Assembly (NCBI GenBank): GCA_048882505.1
Contig: JBHLRO010000001.1
Span: 60,001-92,000, forward strand
Direction: 5' to 3'
DNA: 32,000 nt
Source of the DNA: Candidatus Thorarchaeota archaeon
GTDB lineage: Archaea > Asgardarchaeota > Heimdallarchaeia > Hodarchaeales > Hodarchaeaceae
Notes under the pieces: generated by a model
The model's input: only the letters and a program-made list of their open reading frames with translations
Databases searched by the model: none
What the model was told of the DNA's origin: nothing
Translations under genes and position numbers: made by a program
In this document: in pieces, positions 1 to 9,455 of the stretch
Layout: the number at the start of each line of letters is the position of its first letter
Position numbering within the stretch: position 1 is the first letter of the stretch

Positions 1-1
1 G

Positions 2-751
2 TTTGATCTCTACGTGCCTAGTTTCGTACTGCTTCCTGTCGAACTCCTACAGGACGTTTCCTATAATTATACCGAAATTAGCGCTATAAACCCAGTGCTA
101 TTATCCGTAGGATTGACGGCAATTATACCAATCAGTTCTTATTTTCTTAACGAAGGAAAAGAGACAAACTACTTACGGTCCGCCCTAGTAAGTGTAATTT
201 GGGGATTTTTAGCGGTCCTCGTTGTTATTTTAACATGGCTGTTTTTTCTAATCATTCTTGGGATATTGTTCCTCACAGTTTTATCGAGTTTATCTACGAC
301 CTCCCTACCAGATCCAGAATTTCTGACAGTCTGGGCAGCTGTTTATATTATATTCCTTGCTGGGGTCCTCAGTTTTATGTATCAACGAATGTGGGCAATG
401 TTGGTCTATAAAGGACTGAATCCTGAGTCATCCTTGAGATCTAGTTTCATATGGGTGAAACACGGAGGAGGGAAAGGCCAGCTCGGCTTTGTAATCCTGT
501 TGTTTGCTCACCAAATAATACAGTTCGGGCTAATTTTCTTCTTTAGGACAATTCCCACGTTTTCTCCTGATCTGGAGCCTTTCGATATTGCACGTATTTC
601 CCTTCCTTTACCCATGGTCTCGTTTCTTATCCTTGTAGTTTTTGAGATCGGCTCTTTTATTATCTTGACACTGTACCAGTTTGCGCAAATACCTCACAAG
701 CGGGATTGGCAGCATCAAGATGATGTCACACCCGAACTCTCCACCAAATAG
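2..751 (+). CDS. Polytopic membrane protein of unknown function, probably 5'-truncated
   Basis: The frame is already open at position 2 (FDLYV...), before the GTG at 14. It has about 5 hydrophobic segments, and the TAG at 749-751 is followed by a T8 tract. Confidence 0.75.
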   Translation, partial: FDLYVPSFVLLPVELLQDVSYNYTEISAINPVLLSVGLTAIIPISSYFLNEGKETNYLRSALVSVIWGFLAVLVVILTWLFFLIILGILFLTVLSSLSTTSLPDPEFLTVWAAVYIIFLAGVLSFMYQRMWAMLVYKGLNPESSLRSSFIWVKHGGGKGQLGFVILLFAHQIIQFGLIFFFRTIPTFSPDLEPFDIARISLPLPMVSFLILVVFEIGSFIILTLYQFAQIPHKRDWQHQDDVTPELSTK

Positions 752-757
752 TATTAC

Positions 758-765
758 TTTTTTTT
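758..765 (+). terminator. Oligo-T archaeal-type terminator
   Basis: T8 run 6 nt after the stop, between convergent genes. Confidence 0.45.
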
Positions 766-773
766 CTGGTGGA

Positions 774-1820
774 TTAGGAAAATGAAGTTAAGTCAACATA
801 GTCCGTGATAAGTTTTTCAAGGAGCAGGATCTTTTCGACTTCCTCGGGAGTGAACAAAACCTCCATCTGGTTTATCTTCTTTGCAGCTGCAAAAGTATCA
901 TCAGGAACTAATAACAAAGGAATTTTATTCGCATTTGCTTTAGATTCTATGACAGGATCTTCCGGTAAAATTCCATTTGTTAAGACAATTCCAGCGGTAC
1001 TACTATCTAGGGCTGCAATGATCATATCAGGTCTATCACCAGGGGTTATGATTAACTTATTTTCCAATCTCCAAAGAGCTTTCTTTACAACTTGGATTGC
1101 GGACATCGCCCCGACAAAGACATGGTTGACAATATTCTGCATTCCGCCCTCCCCAGCAATGATCTTAGCTTCCAGTGTTCGGTTTAGATAATCAACTGTG
1201 AAGTGAGTTAATTCCTCGCGATAGGGAACAACACCCAAAACTTTTACTCCTAGATCCATAATAGAATTCATATAGTTCTCGTGAAAGCCTTCAACATCCT
1301 TAATCTGGTTAATGATGACTCCCATGAGGGGAACATCTTCCGTGTTCACACACTTCTGAAGAAATGTTATATCATCAAGTATACCGTCCTCGTCTCCACT
1401 CAAAACTAGTAAAAGCTGCGAATTGGTACTCCTAACGACAGAGAGCGGATCGAGGTATACAGATCTTCCAAAAGATAGGTTTCGACTTCCCTCTAGAAAT
1501 ATTAAATCTTTATCCGCGGAAACTTTTGAACACATATCAGCTAATTTGTCTTTAGTCCTCTCAGCATCATACATGTAGCGCAATTTCGAATGTCCGAAAC
1601 CCATTGAAAGGTCTTCAGGATTATCGTCAAGGCCAAAGATATCCCTTATCAAAGCTGAATCGTAGTCCCATATTTTCTTTTCCTGGTAGAGTAAGCGATC
1701 CCCGAGGGGTTTCATATATCCAATCCTAACATGTTTTTTTGATAATGCTTTGGCAAGGCCAATGATTAAACTTGTTTTTCCTGCTTCCTCACGAGTGGAT
1801 GCAACCGTTATCTTCTTCAC
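774..1820 (-). CDS. Phosphotransacetylase N-terminal-like protein (BioD/AAA_26 P-loop + DRTGG domain), lacking the PTA catalytic domain
   Basis: N-terminal STREEAGKT P-loop, GYMKPLG, FLEGS and a DRTGG-like ITPGDRPD motif. It lies 5 bp downstream of the acetate-CoA ligase. Confidence 0.85.
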   Translation of the reverse strand: MKKITVASTREEAGKTSLIIGLAKALSKKHVRIGYMKPLGDRLLYQEKKIWDYDSALIRDIFGLDDNPEDLSMGFGHSKLRYMYDAERTKDKLADMCSKVSADKDLIFLEGSRNLSFGRSVYLDPLSVVRSTNSQLLLVLSGDEDGILDDITFLQKCVNTEDVPLMGVIINQIKDVEGFHENYMNSIMDLGVKVLGVVPYREELTHFTVDYLNRTLEAKIIAGEGGMQNIVNHVFVGAMSAIQVVKKALWRLENKLIITPGDRPDMIIAALDSSTAGIVLTNGILPEDPVIESKANANKIPLLLVPDDTFAAAKKINQMEVLFTPEEVEKILLLEKLITDYVDLTSFS

Positions 1821-1825
1821 TTAAT

Positions 1826-3994
1826 TCACCTTTTTTCAGAGGGTTTTAGCAATATTCGAGTGTCGATGGCTAGTACACCTCTTTTTTGTTCGAAAGCTAA
1901 TACTGGATTGATTTCAATATCACTTATATCCGGACAGGATAGAATAACCTTTGCTAATCTCATAATAATATCAATACATCCTTCTATGTCCCTTCTTTCC
2001 TCGCCTCGAACTCCCATTAGCAATGGATACGCCTTGATTTGTCTTACCATATCACTGGCATCTCCTCTCGTCAAGGGCGCCGCTCTAAAAGCAACATCTT
2101 TTAGAATTTCAACATAAATCCCCCCAAGGCCGAACATTACCGTTGGACCAAAAGAATTGTCTATACGCGCTCCTATAATAGTTTCAATTGCCTCCTCCAT
2201 ATTAATCATTGTCACAACTTCGACGCCCGTAATCACTGCATCAGGGCTGTACTTTTTTGTTGAGTTTATTATCGCTTCGTAGGCGTCAATTACCTCGTCT
2301 CTGTTCTCAAGGTTTAGGGCAACCCCTCCAGCGTCACTCTTGTGAATTATATCCTTAGAAACAATCTTCATGACTACGGGATATCCTATCTCTTCTGCAT
2401 ACTTAATAACTTCTTCCAAGTTTTTGGCAATGCGGCTTTGAGGTGCAGGAATTCTCGCCGCCCTGCAAACTTCTAATGCTTCGTTGGCTAATAAGAATGT
2501 ACGATTTTCCCTCCTAACGGCATTAATTATCTCATTTATTTTATCAATGTCTACCTGAACTTCGGGCATCCCTGTCGTTGGTAATTCATCTGCAAAAATC
2601 CGAGTACGATAATTGGAGTACAAGGCGCCCAAACAAGAGACTGCTTCATAAACGTCAGGAAAAATCGGGACTCCTTTGGCTTTAAAACCTATCAGTCCTC
2701 CTTCGAATTCACCCCCTCCGAAAAAAGAGAAGATAAGTGGTTTTTTGGGGGTGCTGATTAGGAATTTTTTTTCTACGACGGCAGAGAGTTGGTTACAATC
2801 AAAACTCGCGGTTTCACAGCCCAAGCAAATAACAGAATGAATTTCCTTACTATCTAAAGCAGCCTGAATAGCATCCTCATAATCTTGATTTGAGGCTCCG
2901 CCTGTAATATCAACTGGGTTTTTCGTGGATCCAAAAGATGGCGTAACAGGGCGGAAAATCTTTCGTAAAACTTCCTGATCATCATAAAGCGTAACCCCAT
3001 AAAGTTCACAAGCATCGGTAGCCAGAACGCCTATTCCACCTCCATTGGTCACGATGACTGTTTGCTCCCCTATAGGTAGATCCTCTTGAATTGCTAAAAC
3101 TTTGGCCCAGTTAAGCGCTTCTTGAACGCTAATAGCTCTAAGTGCCCCAACTTGCTTCATAATATCCGTAAAAACATTATCTGCTCCAGCTAGAGATCCT
3201 GTGTGGGATGCAGCCGCCATTGCACCACGTACAGATCGCCCCGATTTAATTACTATAATTGGTTTCTTTCTTGTTGCTTTTCGAACGATTTGGACTAACT
3301 TCTCACCTCGTTTGATCCCCTCAATATAAAGCACAATAACGCGAGTTAGAACATCATCTATCAAATATTCAATTAGATCAGCTTCATCGATATCGGATTT
3401 ATTTCCGACAGATACAATAGACGATAAACCGATACCTTCAGTTTTGGTTTTGCCAATTAATGCTACACCCAAAGCCCCACTTTGTGTAACAATGGCCACG
3501 TTTCCAGGATTTATATCTTTAGTTCCAAAAGTAGCGTTTATTGGAGATTTAGCAGAATAAATACCAAATATATTCGGCCCCTGAATCCGCATTCCATTTC
3601 TCTTAGCCAAATCGACGATTTCCCTTTCCTCATCCAATTTACCTACCTCAGAAAATCCTGAAGTTATTATTGAGAGAAATTTCACTTTCTTTGTTGCACA
3701 TGATTGAACCGCGTTGTAAACGTACTTTGCCGGAATGCAGATAACAGCCAGGTCAACATCCCCCTCCACTTCCTCGATACGCTTGTAAACGCCGTATCCC
3801 AGTATTTCTCCTCCTTTAGGATTAATTGGATACACCCTTCCTCGATATCCAGAGTAGTTAATATTGTCCAGAACTTGATAACCGATTTTTTTGGGATTTG
3901 CAGAAGCTCCTATAATGGCAACAGACCGAGGTTCAAAGAGAAATTTGATAGGCGGACTTTCCAAAGAGGAACCATCCATTGAACTGATTATCAT
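1826..3994 (-). CDS. ADP-forming acetate/acyl-CoA ligase, fused alpha-beta (ACD)
   Basis: CoA-binding PRSVAIIGAS and YPINP, QGPN, QSGALG, the phospho-His motif ASHTGSLAG, NPVD, and a beta/ATP-grasp part with HKSDAGGV, FGLGGIYVE and DIEINP. Confidence 0.93.
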   Translation of the reverse strand: MIISSMDGSSLESPPIKFLFEPRSVAIIGASANPKKIGYQVLDNINYSGYRGRVYPINPKGGEILGYGVYKRIEEVEGDVDLAVICIPAKYVYNAVQSCATKKVKFLSIITSGFSEVGKLDEEREIVDLAKRNGMRIQGPNIFGIYSAKSPINATFGTKDINPGNVAIVTQSGALGVALIGKTKTEGIGLSSIVSVGNKSDIDEADLIEYLIDDVLTRVIVLYIEGIKRGEKLVQIVRKATRKKPIIVIKSGRSVRGAMAAASHTGSLAGADNVFTDIMKQVGALRAISVQEALNWAKVLAIQEDLPIGEQTVIVTNGGGIGVLATDACELYGVTLYDDQEVLRKIFRPVTPSFGSTKNPVDITGGASNQDYEDAIQAALDSKEIHSVICLGCETASFDCNQLSAVVEKKFLISTPKKPLIFSFFGGGEFEGGLIGFKAKGVPIFPDVYEAVSCLGALYSNYRTRIFADELPTTGMPEVQVDIDKINEIINAVRRENRTFLLANEALEVCRAARIPAPQSRIAKNLEEVIKYAEEIGYPVVMKIVSKDIIHKSDAGGVALNLENRDEVIDAYEAIINSTKKYSPDAVITGVEVVTMINMEEAIETIIGARIDNSFGPTVMFGLGGIYVEILKDVAFRAAPLTRGDASDMVRQIKAYPLLMGVRGEERRDIEGCIDIIMRLAKVILSCPDISDIEINPVLAFEQKRGVLAIDTRILLKPSEKR

Positions 3995-4399
3995 TTGGTT
4001 TGGAATTGGCTAAGTTAGGACTTAGATTGGAGATGGATATAATAATTCGTATTAAAAGGAGTTTGGTTAATTTCGACACCGAAAGGAGGTAAATCTACAG
4101 TTACTTATAGAAATGAGACGCGAATTACCCCAGAAGATTTTACACAAGTTTTAATGTCCGAAACGGATTTTATAAGGAAAAATTGAAGGATCGGCTATCG
4201 ATCTCGGCAAAGGCCCAATTATTTGACCTTTTTTAATAATACAACAAAAATTATCGATATAAAAAGGATAAGCATGACCGATGTTAATCCTAATCTTAGC
4301 CTGTTACTCCAGTTTATGGTAAATATGCAATTATTTTTTTAATACCTTCCATATCTTATTCCTTTAATCCTTTTCTCGGTTTAGGAAGTCTCGACGAGG

Positions 4400-5302
4400 A
4401 TGAAAACGTTCATTGTCAACCGATTGATGCCTGGGTTCTTGGTCCGATGGTTCGCCCGCCCATATGTATCTGGAGATAGTTTAGAAAAAGGTTTAGAATG
4501 CGCCCAAATGCTTTGGTCAACAAAAAGGATAATGTCAACCATCGATCTCTTGGGAGAAGAGCTTACAGCAAAAAAAGAAGTTGAAAAAGTTGTACGCATA
4601 TATTTAGATATTATTGAAGCAATCAAGAAAGAAGAATTTGCCAGTATTAGTGTTAAACCGAGTGCATTTGGAGTTAGAATTTCTCAGGATTATTGTTTGG
4701 GGAATTTTCGGCGGCTGCTCTCTGAGGCTGCCAAGGCGAGTGTTCAAGTGACTATGGACATGGAATCGTCAGCCTACACTGATGTTACGCTAAGTATGTA
4801 TCGAAGATTAAAACCTGAATTTGCAAACTTCGGGACAGTCCTGCAAAGCCGTTTATTTAGAACTAAAAACGATATTAAGGAACTTCAGGGCTTAAACGCT
4901 CATATACGTCTCTGTATTGGAATCTATTTGGAGAAAAGCGATATCGCGTACACCAAAAAGAAAATTATGAAGGAAAAACTAGTAGAATATTTTCAGGAAC
5001 TTCAAGATGGCGGACATTATGTCGCCATCGCAACCCATGATGAAAAAACTATCCAGCGAGTTGTAGAGATTATTGAAGAACAAGGGATTCCTTCATCAAG
5101 CTTCGAGTTTCAGATGCTTCTTGGAGTTCCACGGCGAGAAATTCAGGAAAATCTAATTGAAAAAGGATATGTGGTCAGACTATATGTTCCCTTCGCTACT
5201 CATTGGGGCGCGGCCGTTGCATATTTGAAACGCCGCTTGATTGAAAATCCTCACATGGCGATCTACACACTTAGAAACATCTTTGGACGTTTATCCTTTT
5301 AA
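4400..5302 (+). CDS. Monofunctional proline dehydrogenase (ProDH family)
   Basis: Motifs DLLGE, SVKPS, MDMES, GTVLQS, ATHD, EFQMLLG, VRLYVPF and YLKRRLIENP. Confidence 0.92.
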   Translation: MKTFIVNRLMPGFLVRWFARPYVSGDSLEKGLECAQMLWSTKRIMSTIDLLGEELTAKKEVEKVVRIYLDIIEAIKKEEFASISVKPSAFGVRISQDYCLGNFRRLLSEAAKASVQVTMDMESSAYTDVTLSMYRRLKPEFANFGTVLQSRLFRTKNDIKELQGLNAHIRLCIGIYLEKSDIAYTKKKIMKEKLVEYFQELQDGGHYVAIATHDEKTIQRVVEIIEEQGIPSSSFEFQMLLGVPRREIQENLIEKGYVVRLYVPFATHWGAAVAYLKRRLIENPHMAIYTLRNIFGRLSF

Positions 5303-5317
5303 AGCCCGCATCATTCA

Positions 5318-5797
5318 GTGATTGGAATGGGTGGTTCGAACAGAGAGACCGAAATCACCCAGAGTATAATTAAATTCCGGAAACTGCTATTATTTCTTGT
5401 CTGGTTCACTAGTTTTTTGAGCTTGTTTGTCCTTTTGGTGGTTCAAGTGATCTTTCCGCAACCTTCTGGCCATTTTCTTGCCTTCCATTCAAATTTGGTA
5501 ATTGTTTTGATACTCGTATGCGTAATAGTGGTTAGTTTCGCTCACTTTCGCATGCTTCCAAAGGCTAGAAGAATAAAAGATCCTTTCCTTCGGTTTAATG
5601 TCCATCTTAAAGCACTTATGATTGTTGTGAACATTTTGGGACTTTCTGGACTATTTATGGGGTTGACCACTTTGCTTTTGGAGAGGGTGGCTTTGGACTG
5701 GCTTGAAATTGGCGTTTTCTTTATTTTTTCATTCACCTATGGAACATACTTACTTATAATCGAAATACTACCAGTATTTCGTGATTATCAAATATAA
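5318..5797 (+). CDS. Hypothetical 4-TM membrane protein, probably co-transcribed with ProDH
   Basis: 15 bp after the ProDH stop, with four hydrophobic segments. The start could be GTG 5318 or ATG 5327. Confidence 0.7.
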   Translation: MIGMGGSNRETEITQSIIKFRKLLLFLVWFTSFLSLFVLLVVQVIFPQPSGHFLAFHSNLVIVLILVCVIVVSFAHFRMLPKARRIKDPFLRFNVHLKALMIVVNILGLSGLFMGLTTLLLERVALDWLEIGVFFIFSFTYGTYLLIIEILPVFRDYQI

Positions 5798-5928
5798 AAA
5801 GAGATCTCAATTAAGAAGGAGGAATGAACAGGTTTTAGTCTATAAAATCATTTTGTGCCTGATTCGACTCGAATCTCTGTGATATGTGTTCGGTATACCC
5901 GTAAACCATAGAATTAAGACTTATACTT

Positions 5929-6195
5929 CTAACGTCGTCGCTGCTGCTGTTGACGTAGTCGTTGTCGCTGTTGTTGTGCCGCTGCACCCTCCATGTAACG
6001 TCTTCTCGTTTTTGGATCAAGCTCACTCCTATTACCTCGAACTTGAAGTATTTGTGATGCGGCTAATCCAACAAATCCTCCTAAAAAGATGCCTACTTCC
6101 TGACTATCTGATAAAACAGCAGCTCCTACAATAGCTCCCAAAATAAATCCGATTGCGAGTAATATAAGCCATTTCAAAATGCTAACGATCAACAT
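5929..6195 (-). CDS. Small 2-TM protein with a Gln/Arg-rich C-terminal tail
   Basis: Two Gly-rich hydrophobic helices followed by AAAQQQRQRLRQQQQRRR. A TTTATA-like box lies about 40 bp upstream on the minus strand. Confidence 0.65.
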   Translation of the reverse strand: MLIVSILKWLILLAIGFILGAIVGAAVLSDSQEVGIFLGGFVGLAASQILQVRGNRSELDPKTRRRYMEGAAAQQQRQRLRQQQQRRR

Positions 6196-6527
6196 ACGCT
6201 TTTTTCCTCTCTATTCGGTTGGGAAAAGAGCATATAAACCTATCTAGTGTGATTTCGAAATGCCAGCAAAACCATTTTCTTGGCTTAAAGATTCCGTGTA
6301 GAGAAACGTACCATAATCATCTTCTTGAAATTGTTTTTGAAATGTCGAATGGTGATCAAGGATAGCTTTCTACAAAACTCAAGCATGACTTTCGTTTTCA
6401 TAATTTATTTAGATGCCCAGAAGTATTGTTTCCATTTCGCAAACCTAAAAAATCTGGTTGGAAACAAAAACCTTGACATTTGCCTGGATTGTCGGAAATC
6501 ATGCCGTATCGCTAAATGATATACTTT

Positions 6528-6536
6528 AAAAAAAAA
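6528..6536 (-). terminator. Oligo-T terminator (T9 on minus strand)
   Basis: A9 run on the + strand about 30 nt past the stop of the 6565-7479 gene. Confidence 0.4.
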
Positions 6537-6564
6537 GGGAGAGGGGGATCTAACCTTGGTGATA

Positions 6565-7479
6565 CTAAACCCCAAACGAATATCCTGTGACTTCTTTCGC
6601 TGGAGAAAGTGAAAGGGTAAAATCCAATTCTTCTGAGGGATCAGTCGAACCATGGTAAACCGAAAGAGGTTTATCTGTCGCGTAATTCGTTTCTAGGCAC
6701 TCTTGTGCAACCCCAATTAGAAGTGATTTCCATGCTGAAGGTGTTGTTTCTGGACGTCGACCATGGAACCGTAAAATTAGCCGTTCTTCCTCATCCCCAG
6801 GTTGTTTAAACAATAAAGGCGCTGTCGCCTGCACAAGTGTTTCTCCGTCGAATGCTAGAATAGCGTGATCCGCTGGGATGACTCGTTCTGAGAAATATTT
6901 CTTAATCTCGGCATCTGAGGATAACTGGTCCGAGTACCTACCATCTGCTTTTATAAGGTCCACCAGTAATCCGATGTCTTCCTTCGTTCCCTTACGCACG
7001 GTAAAACGTGTGTCATTCACCTGTTCACTGAGCTTTGTCAAATCGACATTGTATCGATAATTCTTGGACACTTCCTGCAATCCTTTTTCCTTGAAAAAGC
7101 TTAAAACGTTTTTCTGCTCTATCCCAGCATTCATGCGGATTGTAAATTTCTTCGCTATTTCACGTTGCTTGAGATATTCTAACGTTTCATCAAATAATTT
7201 GTGTTGCACGTCAGTCGGGCATCCATCCAGGGCCCACGGATAACCAAGATGAGTTTCCTTTAATTGGTCATAATCCCTTGCTTGGATATATGCCAAAGGT
7301 TTCCCATCATCAGAAAAAGCGTAGCGAACGGTCTTAGGATCGAAATTGTTCTCTCCTTCAAATCGTTCGCGTATTTGTTTGGCTGTAGCCGGTTGTTGTT
7401 CAGGATTGTTTGTGTTATAGATGTTTGCTTGAATTTCTTCGAGTCCTTTTTCAGGTTCCCAATATTGAAATTTTGTCAT
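6565..7479 (-). CDS. Hypothetical protein with a probable tandem GNAT-like fold
   Basis: Two successive GNAT-like patterns. First: VRYAFSDDGKPLAYIQ...KLFDETLEYLK...FFKEKGL. Second: FTVRKGTKEDIGLLVDL...AILAFDGETLV...KSLLIGVAQEC. No clear acetyl-CoA-binding motif. Confidence 0.6.
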   Translation of the reverse strand: MTKFQYWEPEKGLEEIQANIYNTNNPEQQPATAKQIRERFEGENNFDPKTVRYAFSDDGKPLAYIQARDYDQLKETHLGYPWALDGCPTDVQHKLFDETLEYLKQREIAKKFTIRMNAGIEQKNVLSFFKEKGLQEVSKNYRYNVDLTKLSEQVNDTRFTVRKGTKEDIGLLVDLIKADGRYSDQLSSDAEIKKYFSERVIPADHAILAFDGETLVQATAPLLFKQPGDEEERLILRFHGRRPETTPSAWKSLLIGVAQECLETNYATDKPLSVYHGSTDPSEELDFTLSLSPAKEVTGYSFGV

Positions 7480-7524
7480 CGTCTTATTTCTTCCTACGTG
7501 TTACTTTTTTGATTTGACCCAGAT

Positions 7525-7571
7525 AAAATCTCATCATCATGAGAATTAGTTACCCATATCCATGAGATTTT
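7525..7571. promoter_or_regulatory. Inverted-repeat operator candidate in a divergent promoter
   Basis: Perfect 10-bp IR, AAAATCTCAT (7525-7534) and ATGAGATTTT (7562-7571). A nested TCTCAT-N4-ATGAGA lies at 7529-7544, and a TTTTATAT box overlaps the right arm. Confidence 0.5.
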
Positions 7572-7615
7572 TTATATTGTTTTGTCGCGGCAAAAACTGA
7601 AGAACCACTCTCCTT

Positions 7616-8317
7616 GTGAATCGTGTGCGTAGGTTTGAGAGTCCAATGTCAATCGACCAATCAGAAAAGTTCCAAGATGCTATCACGTTTACTCAACCAA
7701 TCATTCAGGAGATCAATGATCCTGAAACCATAAATCTATTCGATGATCAAAATCATATGATGGTTTTATCAATACTCAGGACCGGACCACATACTGTACC
7801 CGAAATTCAGGGGGCACTTCGCGAAAAAAGTCTGGACAGATCTACAAAAACAATATATCGATATTTAAAGAAGCTAGAAGGAAAAAAACTAGTGGTTCAA
7901 GGTGGAAAAAGGGTTTACTTGACCCCAGATAGGAAGCATAAGACCCAAACCTTGTTCATGCGATCTGCAAAAATCTTCTTTCCAATCAAGGGACGGACAA
8001 AGAAAGAGATAACCAAGGATCATAGCGAAATGCACGAAGTACTAGCCCATATTCTCGAAAAAAGACTCGATTCTCCAGTTTCCTCTCTCAATTGCCTGAT
8101 TGAAGTTTTGTCTAGGTTTTTTGAAGAAGAAACAGAGCTGACCCAGAGATCTATTTTGGTTGCAGAAGAGAAAAGTGGAAAGGAGCTTTCAGAAACTATC
8201 GATAAGCTTGAATGGAAACAAATCGAGGGGCTCGTCACTCTCCTTGGCATTGCAAGTATTTTACTCGAGGGGCAAAAGTGGGAAAATCGTATCAAAAAAT
8301 GCTTTGAAAAAGAATAA
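7616..8317 (+). CDS. Winged helix-turn-helix transcriptional regulator (ArsR/HTH_20-like)
   Basis: MVLSILRTGPHTVPEI...STKTIYRYLKKLEGKKLVVQGG is a wHTH pattern. The C-terminal domain looks helical. Confidence 0.8.
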   Translation: MNRVRRFESPMSIDQSEKFQDAITFTQPIIQEINDPETINLFDDQNHMMVLSILRTGPHTVPEIQGALREKSLDRSTKTIYRYLKKLEGKKLVVQGGKRVYLTPDRKHKTQTLFMRSAKIFFPIKGRTKKEITKDHSEMHEVLAHILEKRLDSPVSSLNCLIEVLSRFFEEETELTQRSILVAEEKSGKELSETIDKLEWKQIEGLVTLLGIASILLEGQKWENRIKKCFEKE

Positions 8318-8450
8318 TAATTAGGTTCAATGCGCTTCAAAAATCGAATAAATTATATATTCACATCTACACATAAATGGGTTATTACCGAAAACAAGGG
8401 AATCAAAGAGTCAGAATTAGCACAACAAGTGACGAGGAGTAAACACAAGT

Positions 8451-8783
8451 ATGGCTGATCTAAGGACTGAGATATTAATCCAAGGAACAGGACCGACTCC
8501 AAAGAAAGGTGATAGATGTCGTGTCCATTATACTGGCTGGCTTACAGACGGAAGGAAGTTTGACAGTAGTGTAGACCGTGGGGAGCCATTTGTATTTGAA
8601 GTAGGAATAGGACGCGTGATTAAGGGATGGGATCAGGGTATTCTCTCAATGAGCGTTGGGAGTAAACATCGATTCACTATCCCACCAGAGTTAGCTTACG
8701 GAAAGAGGGGAGCCGGAAACGTTATTCCCCCCAATGCAACGCTTATATTTGAGGTTGAATTACTGGGGATCGATACGCCATAA
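8451..8783 (+). CDS. FKBP-type peptidyl-prolyl cis-trans isomerase (single domain)
   Basis: [24 protein letters not shown] and ELAYG...[14 protein letters not shown]. Confidence 0.97.
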   Translation: MADLRTEILIQGTGPTPKKGDRCRVHYTGWLTDGRKFDSSVDRGEPFVFEVGIGRVIKGWDQGILSMSVGSKHRFTIPPELAYGKRGAGNVIPPNATLIFEVELLGIDTP

Positions 8784-8949
8784 AACGACGTTCAAGTCAT
8801 TTAAGCCTTGTTAATGGCTGATAAATACAATTGCGCTTTATGTTTTGAAACTGAGATAGAGAAACATCTTTCTACGTAACACAATGAACTATTTTTCCAA
8901 ATATTGAAGATTTGGTGCCTATTGCTGGAAAACAAATTTACAGGATTGA

Positions 8950-9405
8950 TTAAATGAGGTAAGGAATCGATTTTGGTTCTATTCCGAGGAGACGGTAATA
9001 AACAAGAATTTGGCCTCGATGTTGAATGGAGTGCTCCAACATCTCTAGGAGGAATGCTATTGCAGGTGCCGACTTGGCGGACGGTGAAATTGTTTTCATT
9101 GCATCTGCCGGAGTTATTTCAGCCAAAAAGGCCCTTGTCTTTTTCACCACTTCTTCATAAAGCATTTGAATGGCGTTAACATCGCTATACTTATTTAAAT
9201 TGTAAGATAGGGGTTCCCATTTACCCGTGGCTACCCCTCTTGAGTAGAATTCGAATGCACGAATCATATGTAAGATTATTTCGCCTAGGGGTCGGCCAGT
9301 ATCTACTGGTTTGGATTGGATATTTTCATCTGTAAGTTGCTTAAGTAAAATTCGAGTTTCATCAAAATGGCGGTCGACAGCTTCTAAAACGAGTTGTAAT
9401 ACCAT
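8950..9405 (-). CDS. DinB/YfiT family protein
   Basis: Metal-binding His pattern ILHM...LEHSIQHRGQILVYYRLLGIEP. Confidence 0.88.
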   Translation of the reverse strand: MVLQLVLEAVDRHFDETRILLKQLTDENIQSKPVDTGRPLGEIILHMIRAFEFYSRGVATGKWEPLSYNLNKYSDVNAIQMLYEEVVKKTRAFLAEITPADAMKTISPSAKSAPAIAFLLEMLEHSIQHRGQILVYYRLLGIEPKSIPYLI

Positions 9406-9455
9406 AATAAGTCTCCTATAAGTTTCATAACTTCAAATCAAGCTGAAATTTGCGG

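Noticed and set aside
1826-3994. Protein lysine acetyltransferase Pat/YfiQ
   Set aside because: There is no GNAT domain and both catalytic His motifs are present, which fits a true ACD.
6426-6467. GTTTCCAT...TGGAAAC element with a 9-bp inverted repeat, resembling a CRISPR repeat
   Set aside because: Single copy, with no spacers and no cas genes. At most a hairpin.
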